DNA from: a virus | Lineage: Duplodnaviria; Caudoviricetes | DNA: 52,387 nt | IMG/VR virus record: IMGVR_UViG_3300021378_000034 | Span: 1-52,387 of that record | Direction: 5' to 3' (one strand) | Shown here: positions 46,076 to 52,387 of the stretch, in pieces | Layout of the letters: every line of letters begins with the position of its first letter | How positions within the stretch are numbered: the first letter of the stretch is position 1 | The notes under the pieces: model-generated | The model's database searches: none | Told to the model about the DNA's origin: nothing | Seen by the model: only the letters and a program-made list of their open reading frames with translations | Program-made: the position numbers and the translations under genes

Positions 46076-46840
46076 CTACAGGTAATCAAGCACTTGCGAG
46101 CTATCTACGTTATCGATTAAGGTTTGTATAGCATCACGTTTTATTTGTGAAATTCTTACATGAGCGGTACTCACGCTGATTCCAACTTGTGAAGCTATAT
46201 CATTTGCTGAATGCTTATCACAATCTAAACCGTAACTTAACCTCAATACATTATATTGTCTTTCATCTAAATGCGTTCGCATTAGACCTAGCAAATAAGT
46301 ATTTAATAAAGCTATGTTATATGGTTCAGACTTATCTATAACTTGATAAGCCATATTTTCATCATCATTAAGGCTTGCATCAATTGAGGAGAACACAGAA
46401 TTAAAAAACATTGCAACTAACTTTTCATCTTTTGGATTCTTACGTATTTCATTTAGTTTATGCTCTGGTATTCTTATCTCACCTCTATTCATATCAACAG
46501 CGCGTCTTATTGCACCCTTAATTCGTTTAGATAAAAATGATTTTAATGTTTTTTCTTGGTCTTCTGATTTAAGTAACAGCTCTCTATCTAATTTATTTAC
46601 TGCCGCTATTAAAGCATAATTACCGTCTTGTATAAGATCGAGTATAGACAGTATGCCAGAAGCTTGATTTGTTGTTGATTGTTTTCTCGCTATGTTTTCA
46701 ACTAGCGGTAAAAAGTTTATTATTAGCTCATCATTAGTTAATTTAGTATAGTCACCGTCAATTGGTTTATTAACTTCTTCAATTGCTTCTTCAACTTCTT
46801 CTTTATATTTTAAATATATTGGTATATTATATTTTTTCAT
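46076..46840 (-). CDS. Phage sigma-70-family factor
   Basis: Region 2 LPLVENIAR...DLIQDG...RIKGAI...IRIP; region 4 LDERQ..VL.L.YGL...RISQI...A. Confidence 0.88.
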   Translation of the reverse strand: MKKYNIPIYLKYKEEVEEAIEEVNKPIDGDYTKLTNDELIINFLPLVENIARKQSTTNQASGILSILDLIQDGNYALIAAVNKLDRELLLKSEDQEKTLKSFLSKRIKGAIRRAVDMNRGEIRIPEHKLNEIRKNPKDEKLVAMFFNSVFSSIDASLNDDENMAYQVIDKSEPYNIALLNTYLLGLMRTHLDERQYNVLRLSYGLDCDKHSANDIASQVGISVSTAHVRISQIKRDAIQTLIDNVDSSQVLDYL

Positions 46841-47475
46841 AGTTCATTATTAAGTAGTTCTTTTTCTGTTTTCAATTGATTGCCCATATTTCTGTGTATT
46901 GTTCTTGTTGTACAACCTAATAACTTGGCTAATTTACTTATTGTTATTTTTTGTTTCTCATGGTTTAGGTCAAGCATGCATTGGTATATATCGTCTTCCG
47001 AAACTTTTTTACCCTTGCCTATTAACGTACCCACAATACTCAACTTTTGCGACAATGTTAACCCCGTGCCGTGTTTGAATATTACTTTACGTATTCTATT
47101 ACGAGGAGGTGTATCACCGATGCTAAGTACTTCATTAATCATATTGTCAAGTATTTTTTGCTTCATAAAAAATGTAACAAAACCGTTTTCTTTGTTTGCA
47201 ATAAAATTAAATATAGATCGCATATCATCATCAAGCGAAACGTCATCACCTTCGATGCCATCTGCATTTAAATAGTATAAAACTAAAAAATGCCACTTTA
47301 AAGATTTATATGTGGTTATCTTTGCTTTACTGCGAAATAGATTGTAGCATTGGAACGTACCTTCCGCGTAGTAATCATATAGATCAGTTGACTCGGTAGG
47401 CACATCAGTAATAGGATTGCGATAATATATCACTCTCTTATTATCTAGCCAATTTAATTTTCTATCTTGTGACAT
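46837..47475 (-). CDS. Hypothetical protein with C-terminal HTH
   Basis: ITISKLAKLLGCTTRTIHR. Confidence 0.65.
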   Translation of the reverse strand: MSQDRKLNWLDNKRVIYYRNPITDVPTESTDLYDYYAEGTFQCYNLFRSKAKITTYKSLKWHFLVLYYLNADGIEGDDVSLDDDMRSIFNFIANKENGFVTFFMKQKILDNMINEVLSIGDTPPRNRIRKVIFKHGTGLTLSQKLSIVGTLIGKGKKVSEDDIYQCMLDLNHEKQKITISKLAKLLGCTTRTIHRNMGNQLKTEKELLNNEL

Positions 47476-47598
47476 TAGCTTGCTACTAATTATTATTTAT
47501 TAGCTTTCGTCGCTCTTCTCGGCTTTTGAAATTTCTTAATTTTTGTTGCAATGTTAAAAACATTTGCATTCACTAAATGCTTTGCATTTTTTGTTGTT

Positions 47599-47949
47599 TT
47601 ACTCATTTAATTCAATTTTAATGTTAGTCCATTTTCCCATAGTGCCGACATTTACAAGGAAATCAATACGTTTAGTAAAACGTTTATTCATTCTGTCTTG
47701 TACAGTCCAGTCACCATCAAATTCTCTGCTTATGCCTTCTATGCAGACGCTAGCTCCAAACGTGTAACCCAACTTTTCAAGGTCTCTTGAAACTGCAATC
47801 CAGCGATGCCCAGCAGGGTTATCAGGATTAATTTGTTTCATGGAGGCAGTGACGAATGGAGTGCTGTCTGTCTGTTCAGGTACTGCGTGGTAAACCGTAG
47901 CGGTAACCCACGTCTTCAGGAATAGTGTTAAAAGTATAAGGTGTTTCAT
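47599..47949 (-). CDS. Secreted 3D/RlpA-like (double-psi beta-barrel) protein
   Basis: Hydrophobic N-terminus; ATVY...TAS...IAVSRDL...VQDRM...RIDF. Confidence 0.7.
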   Translation of the reverse strand: MKHLILLTLFLKTWVTATVYHAVPEQTDSTPFVTASMKQINPDNPAGHRWIAVSRDLEKLGYTFGASVCIEGISREFDGDWTVQDRMNKRFTKRIDFLVNVGTMGKWTNIKIELNE

Positions 47950-48385
47950 TTTTATTTACTATTTTTGCTTTTTCAATAATGTAATACGTCCAATACCCGT
48001 GTATAGCATTTGACCGTTTAAACTCGTCAGGCATACACTGAGGTGGTTCGTTAAATTCACCAGCCGGTATGTTAGGCGGATATTTAGATAACGCTTCTTT
48101 GCATTTAGTTATTGTTAGATGTTTTTTATTATAACGTGCGGTATATTCCTCACCTAAACCTAGCATGTGATTATATAACCATCTGTACTGGTTTTTGTTT
48201 TCACGACACCAAATACTTGATGGATGATTTAGGTGTGCAGTTTTATAAGGCACGTCTTCATTGCCATAGTATCTATGGGCCGTACAAAGCATTTGGGCTG
48301 ACTCTAAGATCATTTTAACTTTATGCTTATCATAAACATAGCTTGCCGCTTTATAAGGGTTCTTATGTAAATAAAATATATTCAT
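47876..48385 (-). CDS. Pyrimidine-dimer DNA glycosylase-like protein
   Basis: MNIFYL...DKH.VKMILESAQML...YK..H.NHPS.IW pattern. Confidence 0.65.
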   Translation of the reverse strand: MNIFYLHKNPYKAASYVYDKHKVKMILESAQMLCTAHRYYGNEDVPYKTAHLNHPSSIWCRENKNQYRWLYNHMLGLGEEYTARYNKKHLTITKCKEALSKYPPNIPAGEFNEPPQCMPDEFKRSNAIHGYWTYYIIEKAKIVNKNETPYTFNTIPEDVGYRYGLPRST

Positions 48386-48548
48386 AAATTTTTGAATAAA
48401 GTTCTTACTGCGAAAGCAAGAAAGATAATTAATATAATTATAATACTATTCATATTTTTTATTGTTTAATCGGTTATAATGTTGATCTAGTAATAGATTG
48501 GCAACTTCTATACTTATCATATTGTCGTTATACAATTGCCATACTAAC

Positions 48549-48662
48549 TTATTCATAGTTATATATTTCTTCTAGTTCACACATTAACATTTCATCTATT
48601 TCTTCTATAGAATATCTATAAAAGTTTGGGTGTGTGTACGCTTTAGTCCAAGGATTATTCAT
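48549..48662 (-). CDS. Small hypothetical protein
   Basis: 37 aa from MNNPW, overlapping the ligase stop. Confidence 0.35.
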   Translation of the reverse strand: MNNPWTKAYTHPNFYRYSIEEIDEMLMCELEEIYNYE

Positions 48663-49503
48663 AATTTCTAATAGTTTTAAATAGTGGATGTCTGTAACTA
48701 CCGGCTTGAGTACGTTCGAAGTAAGTGAAAGTAGCTCGCTGACCGATATAGTCATGAATGTTGTTTAGTATATTAGCTAAGTCTTTGTAGTTGTAGCCTT
48801 TACCGGGAGGGCAACCAAATTTGTTACCGTCATCGTCCATCATTAAGAACTTACCGAGGGTGCCTTCGCGTTTACCTTTACCAATTTCATAACCTACAAT
48901 AGTGGCTTCGGTGTCACTAAAGTCTTTAAACTTTTGTAAGTTGTAAGAACGTTTTTGTTCGTAAGGTTTATCTAGTCTCAATATGGAGCCTTCGTAACCA
49001 TTATTCAAATTGTATTGGTGTATGATGTTAGCAGCGTCTTTAGATAAAGCGTGTTTAGTTTCAACATATTTAACACAGTAAGAATACATATCACTCGTAA
49101 CAAGTTGATTCATTCTGTAACCGTATGGTTGATTCATTACGGTTTCTATGTAGTCATAGCAATGAAATTGTATCATTTTACTAGCCTCTGATCTGTCTGA
49201 GGCCGTTGGTTTTTGTTTTCTGACTAAGGATATGATTTTTTCGAAATCATCTTTTAGATCGTGGTTGTATAATTCACCGTCAAGTACAACATCAGGTTGT
49301 TGCGTAAAGAAATAGTGCAACGAGTTTGTAATGTGGGCTATGTTAAAAAATTGTTTACCTGTACGGGAGTGTGCTACAACTTCGTTGTTGTCATCGAGTT
49401 GTATAACACAACGTACGCCGTCAAGCTTAGGTTGTATAAATACATTCTCGGACCAGTCGACAGGTTTTTTGTCTACTTTGTATGCGAGCATTGGTTTTAT
49501 CAT
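48655..49503 (-). CDS. ATP-dependent DNA ligase
   Basis: QPKLDGVR (KxDG), LDGELY, YEGSILR and K.K motifs. Confidence 0.92.
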   Translation of the reverse strand: MIKPMLAYKVDKKPVDWSENVFIQPKLDGVRCVIQLDDNNEVVAHSRTGKQFFNIAHITNSLHYFFTQQPDVVLDGELYNHDLKDDFEKIISLVRKQKPTASDRSEASKMIQFHCYDYIETVMNQPYGYRMNQLVTSDMYSYCVKYVETKHALSKDAANIIHQYNLNNGYEGSILRLDKPYEQKRSYNLQKFKDFSDTEATIVGYEIGKGKREGTLGKFLMMDDDGNKFGCPPGKGYNYKDLANILNNIHDYIGQRATFTYFERTQAGSYRHPLFKTIRNYE

Positions 49504-49757
49504 AATTCTTTTTTAATTTTTTCTATTCTTTTTTGTATGAGTGCTGCTTGTTCGTATTCTTCGTTAGCCTCATATTCTTTCATTACACCAGTTAAACTTT
49601 CTATTTCTTCAAGTAATAAATCGTTTGTACTATAGTGTTTAGAGTCCTGTTGTCGTACGACGTCAAGCCCGTAAGTTGCCGTTTCAGGATTTATAAATTC
49701 ATTATATAAATCGGTGCGTATTCGGCGGTATAGCATTTTGTATTCTTCGTCTGTCAT
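49500..49757 (-). CDS. Hypothetical protein with UVR-like C-terminal helical hairpin
   Basis: M..YEANEEYEQAALIQKRI. Confidence 0.55.
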   Translation of the reverse strand: MTDEEYKMLYRRIRTDLYNEFINPETATYGLDVVRQQDSKHYSTNDLLLEEIESLTGVMKEYEANEEYEQAALIQKRIEKIKKEL

Positions 49758-49764
49758 ATATTGT

Positions 49765-49788
49765 TATTATACGTTTGTGTTCGTGTTT
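49765..49788 (-). promoter_or_regulatory. Repeated early promoter-like motif, copy 1
   Basis: AAACACGA-N8-GTATAATA, 7 nt before the ATG at 49757. Confidence 0.7.
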
Positions 49789-50158
49789 AGTCTGTGCTAT
49801 TTTCAATTTTATCTTGCACTTCAATGTACAGTTCATGAAGCATATCGTCTACATATAATTCATCGTAAATTTCTTCATCAATAAATATATCAAGACCGTC
49901 TTTAATACAACCTATAATTTCATCGGCCATACCTGTAGCATAATAGTATACGTTTTCAGGGTTAAAGCCGTAGTCATCATTAGCGTGTGCCCAATATACA
50001 TTATAAGAGTCTGCAGTGTATACAGATTCAAATATGTAGTCGCAAGTATTAGTACCCATATAATCAGTTGTGATTGTAGAGTTGTAATAGTCTAATATCC
50101 AAGTCTTTGCTTCATCAGGTGTAACGTCGTACACATCTTCTTTATATATCTTTTCCAT
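49787..50158 (-). CDS. Acidic hypothetical early protein
   Basis: 123 aa, strongly D/E/Y-rich. Confidence 0.65.
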   Translation of the reverse strand: MEKIYKEDVYDVTPDEAKTWILDYYNSTITTDYMGTNTCDYIFESVYTADSYNVYWAHANDDYGFNPENVYYYATGMADEIIGCIKDGLDIFIDEEIYDELYVDDMLHELYIEVQDKIENSTD

Positions 50159-50159
50159 A

Positions 50160-50408
50160 TTAATCTAGTAATACCATGTAGGCTTTAGGGTTATTTGTTC
50201 TGAACCACGTTAAACCGTCTTGCCAGTTTTTGATGGTAGAATCATTTAAATTTGTTGAGGGCATCATTGCACACCCCATAACAAAGTCGTACATACTTAA
50301 TTCTAAGTTGTTAAGTTCGTAGCTTTCGCCAGAGAATGGATTTGTTACACTATCGCCTTGATTGTATACGGTTCCATTAAACCATTTAGGTAATTTATTT
50401 TCTTTCAT
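50160..50408 (-). CDS. Hypothetical early protein
   Basis: Tightly packed ORF. Confidence 0.65.
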   Translation of the reverse strand: MKENKLPKWFNGTVYNQGDSVTNPFSGESYELNNLELSMYDFVMGCAMMPSTNLNDSTIKNWQDGLTWFRTNNPKAYMVLLD

Positions 50409-50409
50409 A

Positions 50410-50889
50410 TTACGTTGTTAAATATTGTTCTTTACAAAATTTTTCTTGTTTCCATTGCGTGTATCCCATACCGGGTTCGCTGTATTTTTTAATTAAACTA
50501 TCAGGACTACCTACAAATATATTTTTATTTGTGTAATTATCCCAACAACTTATCCATACATCAGGTTTACCAACCCATATTATCCATGTGTATTGGTGCT
50601 CAATTGATTCAACACTAGGATATAGGTATTGACTGTTGTAGTGAAAGTCGTAAACTAAATGACTTGCAATTCTAGAACCATCACCAAACTGAGTGAAGCC
50701 TTGGTCTTTTTGCATATAGTTTACCCAGTTAGCTAATTCTACACCACGCCATGAAGGGTAACCGTCATGATGCATGTACATGTTTACATAGCTATCGTCG
50801 TTTACTTTTTTGGGTTCGACCGCAAAGCCTTGCTCAAATTGTTTCGCCGCTGACCGATTTACGATCATTGTAAGGTTTCTTGTGCTCAT
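50410..50889 (-). CDS. Hypothetical early protein
   Basis: MSTR...Y.HHDGYP..G..L pattern, recalled from small phage proteins. Confidence 0.65.
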   Translation of the reverse strand: MSTRNLTMIVNRSAAKQFEQGFAVEPKKVNDDSYVNMYMHHDGYPSWRGVELANWVNYMQKDQGFTQFGDGSRIASHLVYDFHYNSQYLYPSVESIEHQYTWIIWVGKPDVWISCWDNYTNKNIFVGSPDSLIKKYSEPGMGYTQWKQEKFCKEQYLTT

Positions 50890-51085
50890 TTAATATTAAT
50901 TTTAGTATATATTCGTATAATTCTTTTTCACGCTTCATGCTTTTAAGAACAGATTTGTGTAGATCAATAGGTATAAACCTAGTTGCAGTACCGTCATCTA
51001 TTTCTTTTTGTTTATCTGATACTTCCCACTCAAGGGCAAATATTTTTGCGCAGATTTTATCGTGTGCTCGTTCGTTTAACGTCAT
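50834..51085 (-). CDS. Hypothetical early protein
   Basis: Coupled ORF. Confidence 0.55.
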   Translation of the reverse strand: MTLNERAHDKICAKIFALEWEVSDKQKEIDDGTATRFIPIDLHKSVLKSMKREKELYEYILKLILNEHKKPYNDRKSVSGETI

Positions 51086-51309
51086 TATTTTTTGATAATG
51101 TTATCGCCGTATAGCACGGAATCAAGTGATCTGTCATAGAAGTCTGCCCAAGTTTGCAGTTGCCTGACGTCGTCAATAGTTAATTGATACCACGCTGTGT
51201 GACTCATTAATCTGTATTTTAGTTGTTTAGCGGAACCGTATTGTTTCGCATTTGCATTAAGATTTTTTTTCAATTCAGGAAATAATCTTTGATAAAGTGA
51301 TTTGTTCAT
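51085..51309 (-). CDS. Hypothetical early protein
   Basis: First ORF after promoter motif copy 2. Confidence 0.6.
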   Translation of the reverse strand: MNKSLYQRLFPELKKNLNANAKQYGSAKQLKYRLMSHTAWYQLTIDDVRQLQTWADFYDRSLDSVLYGDNIIKK

Positions 51310-51326
51310 AGTTTATTAATTTATTA

Positions 51327-51350
51327 TATTATACAATTAGATTCGTGTTT
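51327..51350 (-). promoter_or_regulatory. Repeated early promoter-like motif, copy 2
   Basis: AAACACGA-N8-GTATAATA. Confidence 0.7.
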
Positions 51351-51358
51351 GTTTTGTG

Positions 51359-51514
51359 CTAAACCATTTCTTCAATTACACCGATTAACTCGCTGATTAT
51401 CAATACTATAGTTGCCGCTATTATGTTGAAAGGTATTAGCATATACCCGCCAATTCTTACTGTACTCTTCAGAATTGACACATAAAAATGTTTCGTTGCA
51501 TTCGGATATTTCAT
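51359..51514 (-). CDS. Small membrane protein (not in ORF track)
   Basis: 51 aa MKYPNATKHFYVSILKSTVRIGGYMLIPFNIIAATIVLIISELIGVIEEMV. Confidence 0.6.
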   Translation of the reverse strand: MKYPNATKHFYVSILKSTVRIGGYMLIPFNIIAATIVLIISELIGVIEEMV

Positions 51515-51517
51515 TAG

Positions 51518-51589
<72 letters not shown>

Positions 51590-51594
51590 TTAAG

Positions 51595-51662
51595 TGGTGA
51601 CCAACCTGTGAGCAATGTCGTAAGCTTCTCACGGTGAATGCAACGTGTGACTAATTTCACCA
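51595..51662 (-). ncRNA. Candidate small structured RNA
   Basis: TGGTGA/TCACCA closing stem and inner ACC-GTGAG/CTCAC-A-GGT; fills the gap between two tRNA-like genes. Confidence 0.35.
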
Positions 51663-51670
51663 GTCTGTAG

Positions 51671-51749
51671 TGGACGTGGCAGGATTCGAACCTGCGTTCA
51701 AGTTAGTGTGGCTTTCGCCTCCTATTTCTTGTCTTACCATTTCACGCCC
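51671..51749 (-). ncRNA. Mini tmRNA-like RNA (tRNA-like domain only)
   Basis: GGGCGUG/CACGUCC-A acceptor with G3:U70, stemless D-loop AAAUGGUAAGA, CAAG/CUUG helix, AAC linker and perfect T-arm GCAGG-UUCGAAU-CCUGC. Confidence 0.75.
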
Positions 51750-51753
51750 TTAT

Positions 51754-51902
51754 GAGAGGCACCAGTTGTGGACAGGTAGTTAACTAGTATTGTCATTTAT
51801 CCACACTTTCTGTTTCGTACTGGTACAGTAGAACGCCATTTTTACTTGCCATTACACTATTGTACCGATCTACCTAACGTGACCTGTATGCCGCCGCCTC
51901 TC
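51754..51902 (-). ncRNA. Candidate 149-nt structured RNA
   Basis: GAGAGGCG/UGCCUCUC closing stem with inner GGUACA/UGUACC and UGUGGAUA/UGUCCACA hairpins. Confidence 0.5.
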
Positions 51903-51920
51903 TGCCAGCTATTCACTTAT

Positions 51921-51983
51921 GTGTGTGTAATACACTTCCGTACGTTCACATATGTCCGTCGACAGTCGACACCACATACACAC
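51921..51983 (-). ncRNA. Candidate small structured RNA
   Basis: GUGUGU/ACACAC ends with an inner UAUGU..GUCG/CGAC..ACAUA hairpin. Confidence 0.3.
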
Positions 51984-52011
51984 CTAATTAAGCTACTCGT
52001 CTTGCTACTTT

Positions 52012-52200
52012 TTACTTTCTACGCCAAGATCTGTGAACTCTGTCACTTAATTCTTGACTTACTATTTGTACTTCTAGTACTTGTTTGTTTGCAATAATAG
52101 GAATATAACTATATTGCTTTGTTTCGCTACAGTTTACACAGGTTGAATAACCTAGTGCTAGTCTGCCTGCTGGAATTTTATTGTTACATTTACATTTCAT
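52012..52200 (-). CDS. DksA/TraR-type C4 zinc-finger-like small protein
   Basis: CKC...IPAGRLALG...CVNC. Start set at MKCKC, downstream of the promoter motif. Confidence 0.6.
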   Translation of the reverse strand: MKCKCNNKIPAGRLALGYSTCVNCSETKQYSYIPIIANKQVLEVQIVSQELSDRVHRSWRRK

Positions 52201-52205
52201 ATTAT

Positions 52206-52229
52206 TATTATCCATTAATAATCGTATTT
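52206..52229 (-). promoter_or_regulatory. Repeated early promoter-like motif, copy 3
   Basis: AAATACGA-N8-GGATAATA, 5 nt before the ATG at 52200. Confidence 0.65.
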
Positions 52230-52333
52230 AGTTTGTAATTGTAACGTCTAAACCACTCAATTTCTATACGTTCAGCGTCTTGCCTAGTAATTTTAAGTAG
52301 TTTAACGTGCTTATGTCTCCTTTTAGTCTTCAT
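52208..52333 (-). CDS. Possible small basic protein
   Basis: 41-aa ORF MKTKRRHKH...; overlaps promoter copy 3. Confidence 0.35.
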   Translation of the reverse strand: MKTKRRHKHVKLLKITRQDAERIEIEWFRRYNYKLNTIING

Positions 52334-52387
52334 AATTATCTAAACCTGTATGTAATTTTTCTATTGTAGCACACATTATCATGTGCA

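Noticed and set aside
51671-51749. Reading the element as an ordinary tRNA, a permuted two-piece tmRNA or an attP remnant
   Set aside because: It has no D-stem or anticodon loop. The 5' and 3' acceptor strands are in normal order and both are intact and complementary. No integrase is present in the window.
51793-51852. Short ORF MASKNGVLLYQYETESVDK as a possible trans-encoded tmRNA tag
   Set aside because: It has no ALAA-like hydrophobic C-terminus or convincing resume context, and it overlaps predicted stems.
51846-52097. 83-aa plus-strand ORF
   Set aside because: It has a non-ATG start and is antisense to the early arm and the structured RNA region.

Overview
This AT-rich window (roughly one-third GC by eye) covers most of a tailed dsDNA phage genome with podovirus-like architecture. 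The host is probably Bacteroidota (Flavobacteriia), inferred from SD-less AT-rich leaders, Bacteroidota-style signal peptides and a TonB-box-like motif. The + strand (1-36665) encodes tail fibres, a GroES-like protein, terminase, portal, scaffold, capsid, tail proteins, ejected core proteins and lysis genes. The - strand (36747-52387) encodes nrdAB, thyA, primase-helicase, SSB, recombination proteins, a sigma factor, a ligase, small early genes and an ncRNA cluster. No DNA polymerase or integrase is visible. Five features stand out. (1) A 79-nt RNA looks like a tmRNA tRNA-like domain (G3:U70) with no mRNA-like domain, packed with an initiator-type tRNA-Met and three other structured elements. 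(2) A six-gene envelope module (two CsgG-fold-like proteins, a cohesin/dockerin-like protein, a lipoprotein, a small membrane protein and an acidic-linker beta-barrel) sits between the putative holin and the endolysin. (3) A long +1-frame ORF with a lipoprotein-like N-terminus lies inside the terminase gene. (4) A 2609-aa probable ejected polyprotein has a TonB-box-like motif, a zincin motif, repeated VK(S/R)SI linkers and a sigma-region-2-like segment. (5) A three-copy non-host-like promoter motif precedes early genes. All calls come from reading motifs by eye; no searches were run.
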